Below, in pieces: positions 35,650-44,066 of a stretch of DNA of 45,420 nt. Source of the DNA: an uncultured Anaerolineales bacterium (lineage in GTDB: Bacteria > Chloroflexota > Anaerolineae > UBA1429); contig CAZYPJ010000002.1 in assembly GCA_964649365.1 (NCBI GenBank), positions 11,263 to 56,682 of the forward strand. Reading direction: 5' to 3'. The notes under the pieces are model-generated. The model saw only the letters and a program-made list of their open reading frames with translations, was not told the DNA's origin and did no database searches. Position 1 is the stretch's first letter. Every line of letters starts with the position of its first letter. The position numbers and the translations under genes were made by a program.

Positions 35650-36813
35650 ATGGGTTCTCTTCACTATATGAAATACGCCAAGCGCATCCTTTACAAGCGC
35701 GGCGCCTCTCCTCTCTATTTTGTGTATTTCGTTACCGAAAACTGCAATGCTCGCTGCAAACATTGCCTGTTGGGCCAGCGCGAAGGCCGTGTGACCGGCG
35801 AGCTGACCATTGACGAGATCGCCAAGGTCTCGGCCAGCATGGATGATATGCTCTTTTTTACCCCTACCGGCGGCGAGCCTTTCTTACGCGCCGACCTGCC
35901 CGAGATCGTCAAGATCTTTCACACCAACAACCATGCACTGAATGTGGGTATCCCCACTAATGGCAGCATGACTGCGCGCGTAATGCGCTCGGTGACCAAG
36001 ATGCTGGAAGAGAACGATAATCTCGACTTGCACATTGACGTCTCGATTGACGGCTTGCCCGAATTGCACGACGAAATTCGCGGCGTACCCGGCTTGTTCA
36101 ATCGCGCCATCGAGACCTACCAATCGCTGCGCGAGCTGGAAAAGCACTATCCCAAGTTTAGCACCTGCATTCAAGTGACAGTCTCGGCCTATAATCAGCA
36201 CCAATTGCTCGAACTGTATGACTATTTGAAGCGCGGCGTAGGCGTCAATACCGTGTTCAGCCTACTCACGCGCGGCGAGCCGCGCGACCCCGCCGCCAAG
36301 GGGTTCGACATCAGCAAATACGAGGAATTTCATCGCGTGCTGGAAGAGGACAACAAGAAGCTGATGCTCAGCGGCTACTACAAGATGCCCTTTTCTGATG
36401 TGCTCAATGCCAAGCGCATCGTGCGGCCACGCATCATCGCCAAGACGGTGCGCGAGAATCGTTTCCAAATCCCCTGTTATGGCGGCACATTGGGCGCGGC
36501 GATGTTTAGCCATGGCCAGGTGTTGCCTTGCGAGCTGCGCTACAACGATGTGATCGGCAACGTGCGCGACGTGGACTATGACTTTATGAAGCTCTGGCGC
36601 AGTCCCAAGGCCGAGGAGTATCGGCGCGATATTCGCTGCAACAAGTGTTTTTGTACGTATGAGTGTTTCCTCACTGTCAATATCCTGTTCAACCCACTAG
36701 TTCTGCCTCGAGTGGGGTGGGAATACCTTCAACTCAAAGGGGCCAAACTGCGCCATCGGCTGGCGGGCGGCAAAATCGTTGAGGCGACGCCATTGGATGG
36801 CCCGGCCAGCTAA
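35650..36813 (+). CDS. Radical SAM / SPASM-domain protein
   Basis: MGSLHYMKYAKRILYKRGASPLYFVYFVTENCNARCKHC (CxxxCxxC). The C-terminal region is ...IPCYGGTLGAAMFSHGQVLPCELRYNDVIGNV...IRCNKCFCTYEC (SPASM-like Cys cluster). The track ORF from 35380 is a 5' over-extension. Confidence 0.87.
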   Translation: MGSLHYMKYAKRILYKRGASPLYFVYFVTENCNARCKHCLLGQREGRVTGELTIDEIAKVSASMDDMLFFTPTGGEPFLRADLPEIVKIFHTNNHALNVGIPTNGSMTARVMRSVTKMLEENDNLDLHIDVSIDGLPELHDEIRGVPGLFNRAIETYQSLRELEKHYPKFSTCIQVTVSAYNQHQLLELYDYLKRGVGVNTVFSLLTRGEPRDPAAKGFDISKYEEFHRVLEEDNKKLMLSGYYKMPFSDVLNAKRIVRPRIIAKTVRENRFQIPCYGGTLGAAMFSHGQVLPCELRYNDVIGNVRDVDYDFMKLWRSPKAEEYRRDIRCNKCFCTYECFLTVNILFNPLVLPRVGWEYLQLKGAKLRHRLAGGKIVEATPLDGPAS

Positions 36814-36854
36814 CGATGCCGAACGCGTATTAGCGCAAGGAAAAGGGGTAGGCT

Positions 36855-37595
36855 GTGTACAAGGGGCACACGATCTCGGTGGTCATACCTTGTTATAACG
36901 AAGAAAAGGCCATCGGCGCGACGCTGGCCGATATGCCCAGTATCGTTGATGAAGTGATCGTGGTGGATAACAATTGTGTGGATCGCACGGCCGAAGTGGC
37001 GCGCAGCCTGGGGGCCACAGTGGTATGCGAGACGCGCCAGGGATACGGCGCGGCCTACAAAAAGGGCTTTCGCAGCGCCACTAGCGACATAATCGTGACA
37101 ATGGATGGCGATGGCACCTATCCGCGCAGCTTTATTACCGCGTTGGTAGATGTGCTGCTCGTCGAAGAACTCGATTTCATCACCTGTGACCGCACGGGCT
37201 ACAAGAGCAAAGGATCAGGCACACCCACGCGCGTATTTGGCAATTGGGTGTTGAGTGTAGTGCAGACGGTACTCTTTGGGCAGCGCGTATCCGATTCGCA
37301 ATCGGGGATGTGGGGGTTCAAGCGTTCGATCTTGCCGCTGATCGAATTGACCAGTGATGGGATGCCTCTCTCAGAAGAGATCAAAATCGAGGCGTTCGCC
37401 AATCCCAAGATCAAGGCGCGCGAACTGCCGATCTACTATCGCGCGCGCCTGGGCGAGAGCAAGCTCAATGTATGGAAAGATGGTTTTAGGAATCTGTTGT
37501 TCCTATTTCATAAACGTTGGCAGATGTTTGGCTTTGTGAGGCGGCGACGCGGTTTTCAGCCGGTTATCTCGGCCACAGCGATGGATGACAAGTAG
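36855..37595 (+). CDS. GT2 glycosyltransferase (DPM1/GtrB-like lipid-phosphate sugar synthase-like)
   Basis: ISVVIPCYNEEKAIGATLADMP...VIVVDNNCVDRTAEVA...GYGAAYKKGF...IVTMDGDGTYP. GTG start follows AAGGAAAAGGGG. Confidence 0.86.
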   Translation: MYKGHTISVVIPCYNEEKAIGATLADMPSIVDEVIVVDNNCVDRTAEVARSLGATVVCETRQGYGAAYKKGFRSATSDIIVTMDGDGTYPRSFITALVDVLLVEELDFITCDRTGYKSKGSGTPTRVFGNWVLSVVQTVLFGQRVSDSQSGMWGFKRSILPLIELTSDGMPLSEEIKIEAFANPKIKARELPIYYRARLGESKLNVWKDGFRNLLFLFHKRWQMFGFVRRRRGFQPVISATAMDDK

Positions 37596-37604
37596 GATGC
37601 AGGT

Positions 37605-39605
37605 ATGACGGCTCAACCAGCAGCGATTCCCCAGGCTCGAGCGTGGAATTTACGGCTTGGCTCTTGGACGACCAAGCTATTCGTATTGCTGCTGTTCGCC
37701 ATCCTCACTGTTGGCATGACCTATCCACTTATCCTGAACTTGCGCACCGCTGTGCCCGGCCCGCCATGGGATAATTTCGTTTGGCTGTACGACCTCTGGT
37801 GGTTTCGGCACAGCATCGTAGATTTGCAGCAGTGGCCTACCATCAACCCGACCATCTTTTACCCCTTCGGCTACGATTTGCGCTTGTCCGAGACGACGCT
37901 GGCCACCAAGCTCCTGGCCGCCCCCTTTTTGTTCTGGGGCGATGAAATCTTGGCCTACAACGCCGTGTTGTTGCTCAGCTTTGTGCTGACGGCCTATGCT
38001 ACCTATTTGCTGATTGCCTACCTGACCGATAACAGCTACGCCGCCATCGTTGGTGCGGCGGTGTTTGCCTTTTGCCCATTCCGTATGCACGCCATGGCTG
38101 CGGGCTGGTTGCCCTTGATGGCCACGCAATGGATCCCGCTCACTTTCTTGTATCTAGAGCGTACCCTGCGCGACGGCAAGGCGCGCTATGCCCTGGTGAC
38201 GGGCCTGTTCATGGCGCTCACGATTCTTTCGTCGTGGTACTATCTCTATATCGTCGGCCCAGCAGTTTTGCTCTACCTGCTCATGCGCATGAGCAGACTC
38301 AAAGGATCTATTGATCGCGCCCAGCTCACCCGCAACCTGATGTTTGCCGGCCTGGTAATACTGGTCATGGTGTTGCCGGTAGCGCTGCCCGTCGTCATGC
38401 AACAATCGGGTTCGATGGGCTGGTCGGTGGCGGATGTAGAAAAATGGGCTGCCAGCGCCGAGGATTTCTTCATCCCTAATGTCTATCACCCCTTTTGGGG
38501 CGAATATTTCCTCTCGCTGCGCGCCGAGACCCTACGCTACCCTTGGTATGCGCCTGGGTTCGTCTATCTCGGCGTGGTGGCCATGTTACTAGCGGCAGGC
38601 GCGTTAGGGCGCAAGCGCGGCGCTAGCGACATCACGAGGCCATTCGTCTGGTTGGCTGTTCTCTTTTTGTTGATCGGCTTGGGACTGGTGTTGCACTGGG
38701 GAAACCGGGTAGTGACGATACCGGTGCCGGAAAAGGTAGAAACCTGGTACGTGCGCATCATGTCCACATTGATGAGCAAGCTGGCCTGGCACAAGGCTTC
38801 TTTGTATGATTTCGATTTTCAGCGAGGAACAGTCCCGATCCCTTTACCGGCGTTGTTTTTATACCTCTTTGTGCCTCTGGGCAATGCTATGCGCACCTTT
38901 TACCGTTTTGGCGTCATCACCATCTTTGCTGTGTCGGTGCTGGCGGGCATAGGCGCGGCCCATATCTTGGGAGGCAGCAGGGCGCCCGATATTGGGCCAA
39001 AGGGCAAGTACGACGTGATGCCTGCCCCTGAAGTCAGGCGCAAGAGTCGTCCCAGTATCGCTACTGCTACAGCCATCCTGCTGGGGCTGGTTCTGTTCGA
39101 TTTTTGTAGCGTGCCGTTGCCTTATGGCATGTCAGACATCAAGCCGCAGCCGCTGGATCGCTGGTTAGCCGCCCATCCCGACGATGTGGTGCTAATGCAA
39201 TTCCCTACTATTCGCGCCCTGAGTGGCGACAGCCTCTACCGCACCAAGTTTCATGGCAAGAGGGTGGCCTATGGCCACGGCACATTCTATCCGCAGAAGT
39301 ATCTCAAAGCCATGCCTACATTGGCCACATTCCCCAGCGAGGAGAGCCTCAAACTGCTGAAATCATGGGGCGTCACGCACATCGCTGTCGGCTCGCAAGC
39401 CTATGACGCCGGCTGGGGCGACCAACAAGGTCAGACGTGGGAAACAGTGCGCGCCCAGATCGAAGCCAACCGAAACCTCAAATTAGTAGGCGTCACCTAT
39501 GACGAACCTTTCTGGCGCGACGAGCACGTCTCGGGGATCATCTATGGCAGCCCTCCCGTCGTACCCATCCTGGTTGACAAAGTCTATGTTTACGAGTTGC
39601 GATGA
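37605..39605 (+). CDS. Polytopic membrane protein, YfhO/GT-C-like putative glycosyltransferase (paralog of 15529)
   Basis: LTVGMTYPLILNLRTAVPGPPWDNFVWLYDLWWFRHSIVDLQQWPTINPTIFYPFGYDLRLSETT and AYGHGTFYPQKYLKAMPTLATFPSEESLKLLKSWGVTHIAVG match the same positions in the 15529 protein. Confidence 0.75.
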   Translation: MTAQPAAIPQARAWNLRLGSWTTKLFVLLLFAILTVGMTYPLILNLRTAVPGPPWDNFVWLYDLWWFRHSIVDLQQWPTINPTIFYPFGYDLRLSETTLATKLLAAPFLFWGDEILAYNAVLLLSFVLTAYATYLLIAYLTDNSYAAIVGAAVFAFCPFRMHAMAAGWLPLMATQWIPLTFLYLERTLRDGKARYALVTGLFMALTILSSWYYLYIVGPAVLLYLLMRMSRLKGSIDRAQLTRNLMFAGLVILVMVLPVALPVVMQQSGSMGWSVADVEKWAASAEDFFIPNVYHPFWGEYFLSLRAETLRYPWYAPGFVYLGVVAMLLAAGALGRKRGASDITRPFVWLAVLFLLIGLGLVLHWGNRVVTIPVPEKVETWYVRIMSTLMSKLAWHKASLYDFDFQRGTVPIPLPALFLYLFVPLGNAMRTFYRFGVITIFAVSVLAGIGAAHILGGSRAPDIGPKGKYDVMPAPEVRRKSRPSIATATAILLGLVLFDFCSVPLPYGMSDIKPQPLDRWLAAHPDDVVLMQFPTIRALSGDSLYRTKFHGKRVAYGHGTFYPQKYLKAMPTLATFPSEESLKLLKSWGVTHIAVGSQAYDAGWGDQQGQTWETVRAQIEANRNLKLVGVTYDEPFWRDEHVSGIIYGSPPVVPILVDKVYVYELR

Positions 39606-42598
39606 AACGACATTATGTTTTGTATTTGTGGTGTTTGCCGTTGATTGTTGCGGCGATTGTTGTAGGGCAATTCGGCTCTAGCCCGGTAGTTGCTACGGGG
39701 GCGGTGCCCGGGCCAAGCGCTGGCGTTCCCCGATTGCTGACCACCGTATCTACTACCCTAGAGCTTCGCCGCGGCTTGAATGGTTACAATGGCGTCGCTG
39801 ATACGTATCTCTTGGCCAATGAGGGCGCCGTCAGCCCGCACGGCGGTGAAGATACGCTCCACATCAAAGAGAGCGCCTATGCCACCAAGCGATCGCTCAT
39901 CCGTTTTGATCTGGCTGCCGCCGGGATTCCATCCAACGCTACCATTACCGAAGCCTGGCTCGAGTTATTTGTGAGCTACCGCTATCCCGCCAATCCGGCC
40001 TCGGTCACTGCCTATTATTTGCTTAAACCCTGGGATGAAGCCTCTGCTACCTGGAACGTAGCTTCAACTGGACAAGGTTGGGCGTCGCCAGGTGCGGGCA
40101 GCGCCGGATCGGATTATGAAGCGACCGCCGCCGCTTCCGCCGCGTTCAGCACTTCATATGCTTACAACCGCATCAACGTGAAAAGCGCCGTCGAACGTTG
40201 GCTGCAAAATCCTGATGCCAACTATGGTTTGTTGCTCATGGGCAGCACCATTGACTTACGCGTCTGGAGTTCCGAAGATGTACGCGAAGGCGAGCGCCCT
40301 CGTCTTGTTATCACCTACGACGCGCCTTCCGACTATACGCCCGAACCTACTCGCTCTGCTACACCTACCCGCACGCCGTCGGCTGACGCCAGCCCGACGC
40401 CCACGCCGGCCAATTACATTTATTCTACAGGCTTGACCGAGGCTTTTGGGACTTCATACCCGAACTGCATCGAAGCCGGACCATCGGCGGTGAACCCCGA
40501 TAATACTGAGGTGCTGTTGATCTGGCAGGGCCAGGCTACCACTGCGAAATTGAGCTTTCTCTATTCGGGCAATAACAATCGCCACCATTCGGTGCTGGTC
40601 AACGATCAGATCATCGGCGCGCTGCCGGGCGACAATTGGCAATCGGTGTGCACCGGGGGCAGCTCGGCTCAGCTATCGTTCGATCCCGCGTTGGTGGTGA
40701 GCGGCGAAAACAAGATCAGCATTCTGGCCGATGTGCCCGGCGAGACTAACAGTTGGAGTTTGCAGAATCCCCGCATTCAATTGGGCGGTTACGTTCAGGG
40801 AACCGACATCAGTGTGGTCGAGTTGACTTCTAGTTACGATGGCACCACACAACGGGCGATGATCCAGAAGCCTATCGGCTATTCGACCAGCGTGGCCACG
40901 CCGTTGGTGCTTGGTCTGCACGGTTGGGGCGGGCGCGACTATGATGCTATGACCTGGTTGGCAGAGGCTTGCAACAATCGTGGTTGGCTGTTGGCTTGTT
41001 CCGACACGCGCAACGACAACCAACACACCGCCTCTAAGGCTGTACAGCACGACGTGATGGATTTGCTGAACTATATGCTGGGCAGCGACGAATACAACGT
41101 GGACGCTTCGCGAGTCTATCTCATCGGCAGCTCGATGGGCGGTATGATGGCGGCGACTATCGCTGCCAAATATCCCGACCGTTTTGCGGCGCTGGCGGAA
41201 CTCAAAGGCCCTACCAGCCTGGATGCCTGGTATTACGAAATAGAAGCCTGGCGGCAAGCTGTGATTTACACCGAAATGGGAACTTCGCCAGCCAACGCTC
41301 CTTTTAGTTATCAGCGAGCTTCGGCGGCAGCCATGGCCAGGAACTTGCGCAATGTCCCAACCCTTATCATTCACGGACTGAACGATGTAACAGTCCCTTA
41401 TCATCACGCCGAAGATCTATACACAGCAATGGTCGCTAGTGACGCTACGGATGTGGCTCTGTATCCATTCACAGGAGGGCACAGCGACGATCACCCTAAT
41501 TGGAACAACGACCAGATTATGGGCTTTTTCGCCGAGCATACCTTGAACGCGAACCCGCTGACTGTGACGGTGCGCACCGATGAGCCCAAGTCATATTACT
41601 GGATGAATATATCGCACGGTGTCTCGGACCATTGGACGCAAGCCAGCGCCTACCTCAACCCCGATACGCAGACTGTCACTCTGGAGGTGTTCGACGAACG
41701 CGCTACGCCTGCCTCGGTGGATATTACCCTCGACTTGACCAGAATGGGTTTGCCAACCGGCGTAGCCTATACGGTCGAGGACGCCAACTTGACCACAGGC
41801 GAGTTCTTTCAATACTCGACGCAGGCTAGTTCGACGTTGGTGTTGACTGTGCCCCGCGACCGCCATCGCTTGACGATCTATCCCTTCACAGCCGCCGCGC
41901 CTCAATCCATTACGCTGCGTCAGGGCGAGGGGGGCTATCAGGGGATGGTGGACACTTATATCGAGAGTTATGTTCGTGACGCCAACCACGACGCCGAGGG
42001 CCTGCGCGTGTCTTTTGGCGGCAACCGCACGCCTTTGCTGCGCTTTGACCTGGCGGGGCGCTTTGATGAACGCGCTGTGATCAAATCGGCGCAATTTGGC
42101 GTGTATAGCACCGCCAAGTGGAATTCGAGCGACAGCATCACTACCGGCATCTACAAGGTGCTGACCGACTGGACCTCGACTCAGGCTACCTGGGATGAGC
42201 GCTTCAGCGGCGCATCGTGGAACCAAGCGGGGGCGCTGGGATCGGGCGAAGATTATGATCCGACGCTGGTATCGTCGAACCAGATGGCCAATATCGGCGC
42301 CTGGTATCGCTACAATGTAACCGATTTGGTGCGCGAATGGGTAGCTAACCCGCAGAACAACCACGGGTTGCTGATCCGTGGCGAGACCGGCCTGGGCACG
42401 TTCACGCTCAATTCGAGCGAGGGCGCCTCGTACAAGCCTGAACTGATTATCTATTACACCGAAGCCACTAACACGCCCACGCCGACGATCACACCGACGC
42501 CCACGTACACAGCGACGCCCACCGTCACACGCACGCCGACGCAAAGGCCGACGCCGACGAATGCGGGCCGCGTCTATTTGCCCGCGATCGTGAAATAG
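39602..42598 (+). CDS. Secreted 998-aa protein: signal peptide, DNRLRE/CBM96-like module, Pro/Thr linker, beta-sandwich-like region, alpha/beta-hydrolase (esterase) domain, second DNRLRE module, Pro/Thr linker, short hydrophobic tail
   Basis: - Start and signal peptide: the ATG overlaps the stop of the upstream GT-C gene (ATGA at 39602-39605). Signal peptide is MKRHYVLYLWCLPLIVAAIVVGQFG.
- DNRLRE motifs, N-terminal module: DTYLL...SLIRFDL...LLKPWDEASATWN...NYGLLLMG...RPRLVITY.
- DNRLRE motifs, C-terminal module: DTYIES...LLRFDL...YKVLTDWTSTQATWD...NHGLLIRG...KPELIIYY.
- Esterase core: LVLGLHGWGG...YLIGSSMGGMMAA (GxSxG at ~41126-41143)...IIHGLNDVTVP...GGHSD.
- Pro/Thr linkers: approximately 40321-40413 and 42467-42561. 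Confidence 0.88.
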   Translation: MKRHYVLYLWCLPLIVAAIVVGQFGSSPVVATGAVPGPSAGVPRLLTTVSTTLELRRGLNGYNGVADTYLLANEGAVSPHGGEDTLHIKESAYATKRSLIRFDLAAAGIPSNATITEAWLELFVSYRYPANPASVTAYYLLKPWDEASATWNVASTGQGWASPGAGSAGSDYEATAAASAAFSTSYAYNRINVKSAVERWLQNPDANYGLLLMGSTIDLRVWSSEDVREGERPRLVITYDAPSDYTPEPTRSATPTRTPSADASPTPTPANYIYSTGLTEAFGTSYPNCIEAGPSAVNPDNTEVLLIWQGQATTAKLSFLYSGNNNRHHSVLVNDQIIGALPGDNWQSVCTGGSSAQLSFDPALVVSGENKISILADVPGETNSWSLQNPRIQLGGYVQGTDISVVELTSSYDGTTQRAMIQKPIGYSTSVATPLVLGLHGWGGRDYDAMTWLAEACNNRGWLLACSDTRNDNQHTASKAVQHDVMDLLNYMLGSDEYNVDASRVYLIGSSMGGMMAATIAAKYPDRFAALAELKGPTSLDAWYYEIEAWRQAVIYTEMGTSPANAPFSYQRASAAAMARNLRNVPTLIIHGLNDVTVPYHHAEDLYTAMVASDATDVALYPFTGGHSDDHPNWNNDQIMGFFAEHTLNANPLTVTVRTDEPKSYYWMNISHGVSDHWTQASAYLNPDTQTVTLEVFDERATPASVDITLDLTRMGLPTGVAYTVEDANLTTGEFFQYSTQASSTLVLTVPRDRHRLTIYPFTAAAPQSITLRQGEGGYQGMVDTYIESYVRDANHDAEGLRVSFGGNRTPLLRFDLAGRFDERAVIKSAQFGVYSTAKWNSSDSITTGIYKVLTDWTSTQATWDERFSGASWNQAGALGSGEDYDPTLVSSNQMANIGAWYRYNVTDLVREWVANPQNNHGLLIRGETGLGTFTLNSSEGASYKPELIIYYTEATNTPTPTITPTPTYTATPTVTRTPTQRPTPTNAGRVYLPAIVK

Positions 42599-42624
42599 GG
42601 TCATGCAGTAATCGAGAAAGACAG

Positions 42625-44064
42625 ATGCGAATCCTTTTGATTTATTCTGATATCAGCGGCGCCGAACACTACGGCGCCAAGAAATATTACTCCGGCGTGG
42701 GGTCCATCTCGGCGGTGTTGAAAGCAGCGGGCCATGAGACGCGCCTGCTTTATTTGCAGCGCCAACTCGACCGCGAAGCGTTCTTGGCCGAGGTCGAGGC
42801 GGTCTCGCCCGGAATGGTGGGCTTTTCGACCACGACCCATCAATATCCCTACATCGAGCGTTATGCGGGATATATAAAGGAGACGTGGCCTGATTTACCT
42901 TTGGTTTGCGGCGGCACGCATCCCACGCTCGTCCCGGAGCAAGTGGTTGCCAGCCCGAGTTTCGATATCGTCTGCGTGGGCGAGGGCGAATATCCACTGC
43001 GCGACCTAGCCGAACGATTGGCTGCCGGACAGGACTACGCCGACATCCCCAATCTGTGGCTGCGGCGCAATGGCGAGGTTATCCGCAACCCGTTACGCCC
43101 GCTGATCGCCAACCTCGACGAATTGCCTTACGCCGACCGCGAGTTGTTCGATTATGACGCAATACTGGCGGCCAACGATGGCTGGGTAGATCTCATTGCC
43201 GGGCGGGGTTGCCCTTACAACTGCTCGTATTGTTGTAACCCAGGACTCAAGAAACGCTATGGCGGCTTGGGCAAATACGTGCGTTTTCGCGGAGTGGAAC
43301 ACGTCGTCGGCGAAATCCGTGCGTTGCGCGAACGCTACAAGATCAAGATCATCAATTTTCAGGATGATACCTTTACTTTGGACCGCGACTGGGCATTGGC
43401 TTTTTGCCGAGCCTATGCCGCTGAGTTCGAGTATCCATATTGGATCAACACCCGCGTTGAGCGCATCTTGGGCGATGAAGAGCTGGTCAAGGCGTTGGCC
43501 GATTCCCATTGCGCCGGTATCCGCGTGGGGGTCGAAAATGGCGACGAGACGCTGCGCGCCAATGTGCTCAAACGGCGGATGTCCAACCAAGAGATCATTG
43601 ACGCTTTCCGTCTGGTGCGTCGCTATGGGCTGAAAGCCTATACCTGCAATATGATTGGCATTCCGGGCGAGACGCCCGCGAGCATTCAGGCCACTATTGA
43701 TCTGAACCGCGCTCTGTCGCCTGACGAGTTCCAATTCTCGGTGTTCTATCCTTACCCAATGACCGAGCTGTATGATACCTGCGTGGAGCAGGCGCTCATC
43801 AAGCCGGGCGCTGAGCTGTCCAGCTATTATAGTCAAGAGAGCGTGCTGCGCCTGCCCACGCTGACCGACAAGCAACTGGCCGAGGGGTACGCGCGTTTCG
43901 AGGCGCTCAAATCCGAATTGGCGCTCAAGCGCGCCAGCCCGCTCAAGCACCGACTGTACACCCTTTTGCTCAAGCTCTATCGCGACGATGCGCCTCGCTT
44001 GCAGCGCCATCTGGTTGCGCTGCGCAGGCTGCGTCGTCGTATCCTATCGAGATCGCGAGCCTAA
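42625..44064 (+). CDS. B12-binding-domain radical SAM enzyme
   Basis: MRILLIYSDISG...VGFSTTTHQY...LVCGGTHPTL...DIVCVGEGEYPL (B12-binding-type N-domain), GRGCPYNCSYCCN (CxxxCxxC), IINFQDDTFTLDR. Confidence 0.88.
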   Translation: MRILLIYSDISGAEHYGAKKYYSGVGSISAVLKAAGHETRLLYLQRQLDREAFLAEVEAVSPGMVGFSTTTHQYPYIERYAGYIKETWPDLPLVCGGTHPTLVPEQVVASPSFDIVCVGEGEYPLRDLAERLAAGQDYADIPNLWLRRNGEVIRNPLRPLIANLDELPYADRELFDYDAILAANDGWVDLIAGRGCPYNCSYCCNPGLKKRYGGLGKYVRFRGVEHVVGEIRALRERYKIKIINFQDDTFTLDRDWALAFCRAYAAEFEYPYWINTRVERILGDEELVKALADSHCAGIRVGVENGDETLRANVLKRRMSNQEIIDAFRLVRRYGLKAYTCNMIGIPGETPASIQATIDLNRALSPDEFQFSVFYPYPMTELYDTCVEQALIKPGAELSSYYSQESVLRLPTLTDKQLAEGYARFEALKSELALKRASPLKHRLYTLLLKLYRDDAPRLQRHLVALRRLRRRILSRSRA

Positions 44065-44066
44065 CC

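Noticed and set aside
11446-36813. RiPP (peptide natural product) cluster, suggested by the SPASM radical SAM enzymes.
   Set aside because: There is no short precursor-peptide ORF, no leader-peptidase, no RiPP recognition element protein and no ABC exporter next to either SPASM gene. The neighbours are all glycan enzymes.
19420-44010. Long antisense ORFs (e.g. 19420-20274, 22114-23007, 24753-25697, 27256-27897, 41591-42604, 43093-44010).
   Set aside because: Their sequences are Arg/His/Gln-rich and low-complexity with no recognisable motifs. Each is fully overlapped by a + strand gene with clear family signatures. This is typical of high-GC stop-codon-poor antisense frames.
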